Below, in pieces: positions 52,860-64,000 of a stretch of DNA of 64,000 nt; the stretch's first letter is position 1, and every line of letters starts with the position of its first letter. The notes under the pieces were generated by a model. That model was given only the letters and a program-made list of their open reading frames with translations. It did no database searches and was not told where the DNA came from. The position numbers and the translations under genes are program-made. Location of the stretch: NCBI GenBank assembly GCA_951406725.2, contig OX597822.1, positions 88,784,001 through 88,848,000 on the forward strand, in the 5' to 3' direction. The DNA is from Octopus vulgaris (Eukaryota).

Positions 52860-55800
52860 TGGCCATCGGAAAAAATGCTATGAAAAATGACCATTATACA
52901 AAGGGAAATTACTGTGTGATTGACCGTTATTAAGACAAAAGAGCTATTTGAATGACCACAAAGTGAGAGGAGGGAGTAAAAAAGTTCATAGTATTTGTGT
53001 AAGCGCGCATGTTCATACCTACACATGCGCATCCACACACCCACGTGCATGCACCTAAAAGTATACCCTCACTTGAAACGTACACAACCTCACCTGCACC
53101 ATTCGCCAAATATATTTTAAGTTTTAGAGAAGTTAAATTATAACTTTTGCATTTATGCCATTCTTTCTAACATTACTCATGGTAGCAAAAGTATACTTTC
53201 AGAGTTTACTTGTCATATAACAAATAAGCACTCTAGTATATTAATATTATAAATATTAATTAACTGATAAGGTGGGGATCTTGCAGAATCATTAGCATGC
53301 TGGACGAAATGCTACTATTTTGTCTGTCTTCTGAGTTCAAATTCCGCCGAGGTCAGCTTTGCCTTTTATCCTTTCAGGGTTGATAAGATAAGTACCAGTT
53401 GAATATTGGGGTCGATGTAATTGATGTACTCCTCCTATGAAATTGCTGGCCTTGAGCCAAAATTTGAAATCAGTATGAATTAATTAATATTCCAATGGAC
53501 AACTGGTCATGAATATAAGCTGGTCATGAATATCACCTTTTTTCCAGCTTCATAAAAAGTGGTTTTACAGTTGATTAAACAAGTGGAAAGAAGTCCAGGA
53601 AAAACTCTCACTCTCACTCTCTAACTCCTCTGTTAGTAATTAGACTAATCATATATTTCTTATATTAAGTAAAAGCACACAACATACATGACCACTGTGA
53701 ATAATCAGGCTACCTTTAGCACCCTAATCTGTTAATGTCAAGCTTAAATGCTATAGCTATACTATTGTGACTTTTATATATAATTTATTAAATGAAAACA
53801 AACAAACAATTAAGCATAAGACAAAACACAGAACATTTTTAAACAGAAGCTGTTTTGGTCAAAAGGCAATGAAATAAATGGATGTAAAATAAATAAACTA
53901 TAAAAATGCTACAAAAGAAAATCAGGAACATCTTTATTTACCATTTCAAAAATATACAAGAAATAAAAGTTAAAACCAAAAGATACCTAAAGTATTATGG
54001 CAAATAATTTTAAAAGAAATATAGTAATGAGATACATAACCTGTGTAGATACATAAACAATTGTTTTTGAGATTAAAGCTTTGTTTCAAAATAAAACATA
54101 AATGAATAAAAAATATTGTTAAAGATTGAAAAGTCTTTTCTTTCAGTATTTATTAAAGAAATAAGGTGGTGAGCTGGCAGAATTGTTAGCACACCGAGCA
54201 AAATGCTTAGCGGTTTTTCATCCATCTTCATGTTCTGAGTTCAAATTCCACCAAAGTTGACTTTGCCTTTCATCATTTCAGGGTCGATAAAATAAGTACC
54301 AGTTGAGTTCTGGAGTCAATGTAATTGACTTACCTATTCCTCAATGTAATTGACTTACCTATTCCTCCAAAACTGCTGGCCTTGTGCTAAAAGTTGAAAT
54401 CAATATTTATTACAGAAATGCTATATTTATAGAAGAAGGGTTAGATTAAAATTCCAAATCCCAAAGTTTCTTAACATTTCATTTTTATAAACAGAATTCC
54501 TTCTCCAAGAATCTCCTTCATGGAAACCCTTAAATCAGTTTTGATTATTTTTCAATGCCAAAAAACAGTTATCATAACCATCACCACTGCCAATGTCTAT
54601 TGCCACCACCACCATCCTTGTTGTTGTCATCAGTCAAAACAGACAAATTAGCATCATTTCATTATTACAATTCACATTTAGCTGAAGTTAGAATCAGAGC
54701 CAGCAGAAATGTACTGACTTTGACTCCACAACCTGGGTTTTGACATCTGTTTCCTCATGCTTGTATATGTGCCATTAATACAACATATCAATACCCCTGA
54801 TCATCTTATTGCCTCTATCACAAGACTCAACATGCTAAGATCTGATCTCATCCTAAATGTTATTACCATTTTCTCTTTCTCTTTTGTTTTTGTTTTAATG
54901 ATTTTGTCAAAAGAGAAAGGGCAGTGCTCATGACCTCTTTTCAGGAACTCCATGACTAATTGAATGAAGTTTTTCTCAGATTAGAGACTTTGCTTGATTG
55001 CTTGTGACAGAGTAGATTCCTTTACCAAGTAGTGGTACTTAAGTGAAAGATAGATTAAGTCAAACACCCACTTTACGTACAGGCAATTTAGATATGTAAC
55101 GGAGTAAACATAATATCAAGTTGTATTAGTAATGAATTAGGCCACATATTTGAAGTGGTCACACAATACAAAATGGAAATAATGAAAGGAAGTGAACATG
55201 AGACATTTGCTTAAATAACTGAAATTAGAACTATATAGAAATAATAAACAATATAAAGTCGAGAATCCGGATTCATTTGATATCTACAGAGTAAAAATAA
55301 AACTATCTCTCTTACCTCCTTTCAATCTTTCTATCATTATTACATGTATGCGTGTGTGTGCATGTGCATATGTGTTTAGTGTGTGCATACATGCACACAC
55401 TGATACAAAGCTCAGCGCACAATTGTTCATCTCTACTTTTCAACCTCTTTGACCCATCTTGAAGCCTATGTATAGGTGTCTTCATTGAACCACTCTACTT
55501 TCACCCTTCCCTCATGTACTTCCTGTTATATGTTTCAGTTTCTCTACTATCAGAATCCTCCTCCTTATTTACCAAACATTCAAGGTCTCTGTTATTAATC
55601 TAATTCAAAGGTCACATAGACTTCATTCCCTGCCATTTTGGTTATGTTAACTTGAAAATACATATCTATCTTAGAATACTGAGTATTCCTATAACTTCTA
55701 CTCTTATCATACATCCCCTCTCATCACTATTATTTATGCCTCCAGTTATGTGTCTATCACTCATGCTTCTCATTCTTTAAAGAGGCTGACGAATGAGCAG

Positions 55801-55959
55801 AGAAGTGGGGTGACCAGGTCCTTTTAGTCATATTGGGGATATAATTGTCTTTCTAGTGCTTATGATAGGAAAAATGCACAAATATATTCTCTAAAACAGT
55901 GGTTCCCAAACTTTTTAGAGTCGCGACCCACTATTTATCACACTAGATTATAGCTCTCT

Positions 55960-56430
55960 AGCAGACCCTTGAGGTTAGGGTTTCCCTTCCTATCAGTCAA
56001 GCCAACACTATCCACTCATGCATCGAAGATAGTGTTAAAGTCACCTAACAGAACTATCATTTTGACATCATTAGAAAGTGCTCCAGGTCTCAATAAAAAC
56101 CAGACTGCCTACCCTCCTTAGGAGCGTAGACAGCTACCAATCTGAAGGACTGTATACACATGTGGGTCACATCTTGGACAACTAGCCTACCTTCTGGGTC
56201 CAGGAAGACTGTACTTGCCTGTACATCCAAGTTGTTCCTGAATAAGACTGTCATGTGCTCTCCCTCCTTGTCAGCTAGGAGAAATAAATTTCTCATAGCC
56301 ATTCAAGAGAGACGAGAATGCTTGTAGTCCACTCATCTTGGACTCAGTTACAATGCATACATCTACATCATGTGACCTGAGGTTGTGCAGAAAACAAGCT
56401 AGTTTCCATTATGACCCCAGACCACGCACA
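55960..56430 (-). mobile_element. Tx1/L1-like LINE endonuclease fragment
   Basis: DPEGRLVVQDV, FRLVAVYAP and LLGDFNTI motifs. Confidence 0.75.
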
Positions 56431-56649
56431 TGTAGTTTGAGATGTATCCACTTCCACTACAGTTTCCAGCTCATCATTATCCACTTTGGCCACAGGTCTA
56501 CCATGAGGCTGATTTTCAAGAGTAAAATCACAAGACTAGAACTTCTCAAACCATCGACATACAATGTGCTCATTTGCCACATCTTCACCAAACACCTCAT
56601 TGATGTTTCAAGCTGTCTGGGATGCACTAGTTATATATAGATGTATGTA

Positions 56650-57720
56650 TATTTTGAATAAAACCTGTGTCTAATGACACAATGTAATAATGTACTATAA
56701 GTGCTCAGGTTGGTATACCACAAAAATTCCAGCTTGAACAGCATCTGAAATGAAGGTGTTGTAGCAACCTGTCAAAGATGGCTATAAGTGGTTCATCATT
56801 GAGCTGGCTGATATATTATTAGAAAGTGAGGGGAACAAGTAAAATATGTGGTATCACTTCAGAGCATGTAATTTATAATCCAGACATAACTGCAGAGTAG
56901 TTATAGTAAATAAGTGATTAAGAAATAATACGTAAAATTTCTTATAGTTGTTTCTAGAATAGCTGAGCACGTGGATCATATGTCATCGTGCAAAGATTTC
57001 CATGTAAGCCAACTATTCCGTGTTTGGAGAGAGAAAATTCAGGAATAACTTTAATTAGTTACCAGTTCATTGAAGAATTAAAGAACATATTTAGTGAAAA
57101 ATAATAGTGGTTAGCACTTTCATGATCAAAGAATTAAGGAAATCCTTAGTAAAAGATAATAGCAATTCACAGTTCCATTGTTGAAAGATCAAAGAATATC
57201 CTTAGTAAAAGATAAAAGTTTCTAGTTCCATCTTTGAAGAGAATGTTAACATGTGTCACATGAAACTATAAATCTCATAGAATTTGCCAAAGAATGTGGT
57301 GCAGAAATCAGCGGCCTAAATAATGAGTTAATTTCCTATTTGATACCATACAAAATGAAATCTTAGAGGTATATACTCATAACACCCTACATGAGATCAG
57401 AAAGAAAAGTTGAAGATTCTAGATTTATTGGTATTATATGTAATTGCTCTGTTGGAACACGAATCAATTATTAGGTTTCTGAAAACTAGGATGTCCAAAA
57501 AGATTTTCTCCCGACTTCACTTCAGAGACATTAAGGTTATTCTGGATGATTTTTGTTGCTAAAACATTGAGCTGGGCTCAAAATTATGCTGCAACATCGT
57601 CTGACACACTCTGCTGTAATGCATGTACATAAAATCTTGTACAATGAAAAGACTTTAGACATTCACTTGAAAAACTTCATCGCCAAAACAAGCGAGTATT
57701 GAAAAATTTTTGGAATGATT
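56650..57720 (+). mobile_element. Highly decayed hAT-like transposase relic
   Basis: C-terminal dimerisation-like residues (MLQHRLTHSAVMHVHK) near 57586-57633; otherwise full of stops. Confidence 0.45.
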
Positions 57721-58033
57721 TGAAGCATTACTTTTCCATGTATAATAATAAAAAAAATATTATTATACCTATTTGTTTGAATATTAGGGTTGGAAAAAAA
57801 TCGGCCTGAAGGGATCTCTTCAGTTTCGCTCACAGATTTTTTAATCATTATTTCTTTTTTAACTAATCAGTTTGAAACCTCGTATACTGGTGTCATTTCT
57901 CAAGCTGAACACGGTTTACTTGACAAAATTTCGTGTTTAATTGTCGTATTTGGGTAACTTTAACCAATCAACGACGTGTATTCAGCTGAAGAAAGCTACT
58001 GTATGCGATAATAATCGTAGAGCAACAACTTCT

Positions 58034-58277
58034 GGGTCATCTCTACTAAATGTCACCACTGTGTTCTATTTTATTTCTTTTTACTGCCCCTGTTGCATAT
58101 TATACGCTTATTTATTTATTTTGCTTTTGGATCGCCTCTTTGTTCATGTGCATTTTCACCACTCGTACAAAGAGGCGATCGAAAAGCAAAAAACAAAAAA
58201 AAAACGTGTAATATACAACACAAGCAATAAACAAAAATAAAATAGAACAGAGTGGTGACATTTAGTAGAACAGATCC
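58034..58277. mobile_element. Foldback MITE (~245 bp, almost entirely self-complementary)
   Basis: CTACTAAATGTCACCACT pairs with AGTGGTGACATTTAGTAG; inner GATCGCCTCTTTGT pairs with ACAAAGAGGCGATC. Confidence 0.8.
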
Positions 58278-58929
58278 GACCTGAGTTTGAATCCCCAAGT
58301 AAATTTCGTTTCCGGGCCACTGTTCTCAAGTAGTACCGATTTGTAATTATCTCAATACTTCTCGTTCAGCTACACCAGAACCTCTCCGTGTATATGTGTA
58401 TATATGGATGCATGTATTTTCAGTAACTGTTCAGTCAAGTGGTAATAAAAAAGTAAATAAAAACCAAGGGGGAGATAACTAGTAAAGCTACAGAAAAAAT
58501 ATATTATTTACTTTGGAATTGCTCAGAATAAGACGTGTAAGACCAGCGGGACCGCAGTTCATCGTTCCTGAAATTCAAATCATCAACCGTGAATTAATCT
58601 TGGGATATCACCCATTTAGCCGGATCACGAGACAAGATTTTTCAGTGGTTATCACGGCTTCGACTAATTATGCATTTATACACGTGCGAAAATTGTAATT
58701 CGCTATGTTACCTTACTACGGTAATTGTTGCTTAACAGTAAGTTGACTTACTAGTTACCTCCCCCTTAATTTTTATTTACTTCATAATATCCCTAAATTG
58801 AACAATTACCGTATTTTGTATATTTTCTTATTAATAGATTTATTTATTCGAGTCAGAGAATTTGTGGAAGAGCATATTTATTTCGGTTAATATAAAGATC
58901 TTCACCCGTTAACAAAAAAAAAAAAAATC

Positions 58930-59315
58930 GTTGGAGTGGCTGTGTGGTAAGTAGCTTGCCACATGGTTCCGGGTTTAGTCCCACTGCGTGGCACCTTGGG
59001 CAAGTGTCTTCTACTATAGCCTCGGGCCGACCAAAGCCTTGTGAGTGGATTTAGTAGATGGAAACTGAAAGAAGCCCGTCGTATATATGTATATATATAT
59101 ATATGTATATGTATGTTTGTGTGTCTGTGTTTGTTCCCCCAACATCGTTTGACAACCGATGCTGGTGTGTTTACGTCCCCGTAACTTAGCGGTTCGGCAA
59201 AACAGACCGATAGAATAAGTACTAGGCTTACAAAGAATAAGTCCTGGGGTCGATTTGCTCGACTAAATAGGTGCTCCAGCATGGCCACAGTCAGATGACT
59301 GAAACAAGTAAAAGA
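58930..59315 (+). mobile_element. tRNA-derived SINE (family B), near-consensus copy
   Basis: Full head to tail, CpGs retained. Confidence 0.85.
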
Positions 59316-59902
59316 GACCCTGCTGTAGGTTAACCACTGCGTAGAAAACGAATTTTTCAATTCTCCGGCCATCAAGCATGCTAGAAATAGCAGCCAAATC
59401 TCACAAAACTGCGATAACATAATGAAAGAAATATGTAATCAATCTACACACCTTTCTGCAAAGATTTCTCTCAGAGTAATTTCCAGCAGTAATATGACAC
59501 AGTAATTCACATGAAATTAATGTTTTATTTATAACTTTTTTCGGACTTTTTTTCAATCAGTCTATGTGGGAAAATACGGAGATGAAGAATAGGGAAAAAA
59601 ATAAACAAATTCAAATTTTAATTTCAAATTTTTTATGCAAAAACTCTCATCCAAAATCGCCCCCCCCCCCCCCTCACCGTCATCCTGCTGTCTAAAAGTG
59701 AAAGTGAACAGTTGTTTTATCTGTTTCTGTAGGCGTTAGAGTGAAACAGTAAAAGTATCACGGCAGCGCCCGGTCACTAAGAAGAAAAAAAAACAGTATA
59801 ATAGGTGTTCATTATGTTATCGCAGGTTTGTGAGATTTGGCTGTATTTCTAGCATGTAGATAGCCTGCTTGAAGGCCGAGGCCGTAGAATTGGGAAGGGA
59901 GG

Positions 59903-59960
<58 letters not shown>

Positions 59961-60149
59961 CTCCTTCCTCTCTTTTGTCAAATCTTTCCATCCTGTCCTC
60001 CACTTTTCCTGCACTATCTCTGACACCTCTGTCTCCTTCCTTGACATTTCGCTCAGCATTCATCACTCCACTCTCACCACCTCCATCCACTACAAGCACA
60101 CAGACTCACACTCATATCTCAACTTCTCCTCCCACCCTAAACACACCGT

Positions 60150-62355
60150 GCCAGTAAGGCGTCGCTGGTAACGATCACGCTCAAATGGTGTCTTTTATGT
60201 GCCACTGGCATGGAAGCCAGTTAGTCACTCTGGCAATGATCACGCTCGGATGGTGCTCTTAGTACCCTATTAGCACGGGGCACAAGTGCCAGTAAAGCGA
60301 TACTGGTAACGATCACACTCAAATGGTGCTCTTGCTCTTTGCGCGCCGCTAGCACGGATGCCAGTCATCGAATTTGATTTCGATTTCACTTGCTTCAACA
60401 GGTCTTTGCAAGCAGAGCTTATTGTCCAATGAAGGAAAGGTATGCATAAGTGGGCTGGTTACGCCCCTGGCATAAGCCACGAAGTTATTGTCTCATTTGG
60501 CTAGCCGGGTCTTCTCACGCACTGCATATTTGCAAAAGTCTCGGTCACTAGTCGTTTCCTCAGTGAGGCCTAAAGTTCAAAGGTTGTGCTTCACCACTTC
60601 ATCCCAGGTTTTCCTGAGTCTACCTCTTCCACAGGTTCCTTCAACTGCTTGGGTGTGGCACTTTTTCACACAGCTATCCTCATCCATTCTCGCCACATGA
60701 CCATACCAGCACAGTCGTCTCTCTTGCACACTACATCTGATGCTTCTTAGGTCAAACTTTTCTCTCAAGGTACTTACACTCTCTCGAATATGCACACTGA
60801 CATTACACATCCATCAGATCATACTGGCTTCATTCCTTGCAAGTTTATGCATGTCCTCAGCAGTCACAGCCCATGTTTCACTGCCATGTAGCATGGCTCT
60901 TCGTACACATGTGTCATACAGTCTACCTTTTACTCTGAGTGAGAGGCCCTTTGTCACCAGCAGAGGTAAGAGCTCTCTGAACTTTGCCCAGGCTATTCTT
61001 ATTCTAGCAGCTACACTTTCAGCACACCTTCCCCTGCTACTGACTTGGTCACCTAGGTAACGGAAGCTATCAACTACTTGTAATTTTTCTCCTTGGAATG
61101 TGACGGAAGTTGTTCTCTGCACATTTTCAGTGTTTATTGCTCTTGAGCATCTGCCACATACAAAAACTATCTTCCTAATTAGCCTTCCTTTGATATAGCT
61201 GCACCTCTTATGTGTCCATAGCTTACACTAGCTACATCTTGTGGAGTTTCTACCTATGCCTTTGCTACAGATCGAGCAGGGCCATCTACCTGGAGGGATT
61301 TGTGGTTTGCCTGCCTTCCTACTTATTAGGACTTTGGTTTTAGCTAGGTTGACTCTAAGGCCCTCCGATTCTAATCCTTGTTTCCACACCTGAAACTTCT
61401 CTAGTTCTGATAGGGACTCAGCAATTAGAGCAAGGTCGTCAGTATAGAGGAGCTCCCAGGGGCATACTGTCATGAATTCCTCTGTTATTGCTTGGAGGAC
61501 TATGACAGATAGGAGGGGGCTAAGGACTGAACCTTGGTGGACCCCTACCTTCACCCGGAATTCTTCACTGTACTCGTTGCCAACCCTCACCTTTCTGACA
61601 GCGTCCCTGTACATAGCTCACACAGCTCTCACTAACCATTCATCTATCCCTAGTTTCCTCATTGACCACCAGATAAGGGATGGGAGGACCCTATCAAAGG
61701 CTTCCTCCATGTCAACAAAAGCCATGTACAGAGGTTTATCTTTGGCTAGGTATTTCTCCTGCAGCTGTCTTACCAGTAATATAGCATCAGTGGTGCTTTT
61801 TCCTGGCACGAACCCAAACTGCATCTCATCTAAACTGACTCTCTCTCTAATTAGTTGGGCTATGACCCTCTCCATGACCTTCTTTACCTGATCTAACAAC
61901 TTGATACCTCTGTAATTATTTGTATCTAAAGCATCACCTTTTCCTTTGTAGCAGTTGATGGTCCCCCTGTTGAGTTGACATTCGGCAGTCTCTCTTTCTC
62001 CCATTCATTTTCTTTATTCAGCACCTTTCATAGTGGCGTCAATGAACCTCTCTCTTTGCAGCCTCATTTAGCGCAAGTGAACCATCATCCATGCGAACAC
62101 ATTTCTCTCCTACAACATCATGATTCTCTCTCACGAAATACCTCAAGTCTTTGGTCCTCATGGTGCAGAACATTGGCAAATTTTTTTGATCTGCTTTCTC
62201 TCTGGCTAAATAAACCTGCCTCCTAGCTTCCCTTCTGGCAGTCTGATACAATTCCCTGCTACCACCGTTCTTCCAGTCCTTCCAAGCCTGTTTCTTTTCT
62301 CTAATAGCCCTGTCAACAATATTGTTCCACCACCATGTTATTTTGGGTCAAGAGG
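60150..62355 (-). mobile_element. RTE-clade LINE, 5'-truncated, frameshifted RT
   Basis: NYRGIKLL, QFGFVPG, AFVDMEEAFDRV, GVHQGSVLSPLL, LYTDDLAL and FRYLGD motifs. Confidence 0.93.
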
Positions 62356-62358
62356 GGA

Positions 62359-63690
62359 CGGATCTTTTCCTTTTGAACGGCAGTTTTCAACACAATTTCT
62401 AGTTAACTAAACACTTTTAAACTTCGTATACTGGTAGAATGTGTCAAAATAAAACATTTTTTTTCTCTTGGCTTTCTTGAGAAAATTGTAATTTGTAAGT
62501 TTGACGTAGTTTAATTTTTCGAATTTTAACCAATCAATTGCCTCTATTGAGCTAAAATCATTTGCTGCGTCTAAAACTGAGACAACATCCTGTCACTAAC
62601 CCTAACCCTCACTCTCACCCTAACCCTAAATTTTAGCCTTTCGGGGTTTTTTTCTTAATTGTTAAATTAATTTAATTGTTACGCGTGTGTCTAAAATTAT
62701 TCGTTTTGTTTTTGTTTTGAGTTTTTGCTTTCGTTTTAGCCTTTCATTTTTTTTTCTTAATTGTTAAATTAAAATTATTTTCCATTGCCTTCATTTTTTT
62801 TTTCTTAATTGTTATCCTTAAATTAATTTAACAATTATGAAAAAAAACGATAGGCTAAAATTTAGGGTTATTGGTTAGGGTGAGGGTTAGGGTTAGTGAC
62901 AGGATGCTCACTTTCAATTTAGACATTTTTCTTTTTTTCTGTTGGTGGAGATTTTATTTCCAACGATAATATTTTCCAATTTGAGAGAAGAAAAAAAACA
63001 GTTACAAAATTTTCAACTTCTTGTCTAATAACTTTTCAAAATATTTTCGTATCACCATTGGTCACCAATAACCTTTACTTCAACTGACCAATGAAACGAG
63101 ACCTTTTCCGAACGGTAATATTGACCTATTGACACGAGCACTGAATTTCTTTTAATTAGCACTAAATCAGGATGGTATCCAGCACTGCCTGTGATTTAAG
63201 TTTGTATGACAGGGTTTATAGATTTCGATATAATGATGACTTGGCATTACAATTTTTCCGCCAACATAGAGTTGTTCCCGCATTTGTGAATTGCCCAACA
63301 TGTAATTCCCCTTGCGTTGTTCGAAATGGGACTAATATGTTTCGATGAATGAAGATGGTTCGTCGTTGGAGACAGGAAAACAGAATGCGGATTTTCAGTG
63401 TCTATCTTCAAGAACACCTTTTTGGAGCGAAGCCGTTTACCCCCGTGGAAAGTTCTTTTATTCATTAATTATTTCCTAACAGAAGATTGGTCATATAAAT
63501 CTGTTATGGAAAATTTAGATATAACGCTTGCTACGTCTGTTGATTGGCGATCTTTCTGTTGTGAAGTTTGCCTTCATTGGGTTGAAAATTGCCAAGCACA
63601 AATTGGAGGGCCAGGGATCGCAGTTGAAATTGATGAGGCAGTTTTGGTAAAATATAACCGAGGTAGTTTTACGGCCCGGAATTAAACCGT
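62359..63690 (+). mobile_element. Merlin (IS1016/ISXO2-like) DNA transposon, partial transposase
   Basis: SIFKNTFLE, TSVDWRSFCCEVC and IGGPGIAVEIDE..KYNRG motifs; terminus GGATCTTTTC; a homologous terminal relic lies at 57811-58030. Confidence 0.85.
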
Positions 63691-64000
63691 GTTTCAAACA
63701 AATTTTGGTTAAACTAAAGCGTTAAACCCGGTAAAAAAAAACAAAAAAAATTGTGTAATAGGTGTAAAACAACTTCCTCTAAACGAATATAAAAAAAAAT
63801 GCGCGCACGCGAAAGGGAAGTGGGGTGGAGGCCTCGGAAAATTTACATCGGGAATTTCCGAAAGCGTCTGACCCGGACACAAAAATAAAAATAGTGTAAT
63901 AGGTGTAAAACAACTTGCCATAATCGATTATCAAGAACACACTCTCACACATGAATCATAAACTCCGTATTTTTGTACGTATTTCGCAAAAAAAAAAAGA

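Noticed and set aside
62595-62900. Telomere or chromosome end
   Set aside because: Only a few degenerate units, internal to a transposon.

Overview
AT-rich, repeat-dense eukaryotic genomic DNA. The SINE/LINE/microsatellite make-up looks like an octopod cephalopod, probably Octopus sp. (inference). Two spliced genes face each other tail-to-tail. (1) On +, the last five coding exons of ALG3 (83-15329), including a 9.7-kb U12-type AT-AC minor intron (2459-12175). (2) On -, a complete 7-coding-exon MLX (bHLH-Zip Max-like protein X, 230 aa, 35286-25468), with a probable upstream non-coding first exon and promoter near 47.9-48.1 kb. The rest is SINEs, RTE/CR1/Tx1 LINE fragments, a Gypsy LTR+gag relic, Tc1/mariner, piggyBac, hAT and Merlin relics, MITEs and (TA)n/(CA)n/(ATG)n microsatellites. 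The most interesting unannotated signal is a set of type I hammerhead ribozymes with short, near-palindromic helix III: three look intact (19133 +, 41815 +, 52799 -) and several are degenerate or truncated. They sit in Penelope-like or small non-coding, microsatellite-embedded elements with inverted ends. One of these is a ~540-nt terminally redundant unit resembling a retrozyme or circular-RNA-derived insertion. All calls were made by eye; no database searches or folding programs were run.
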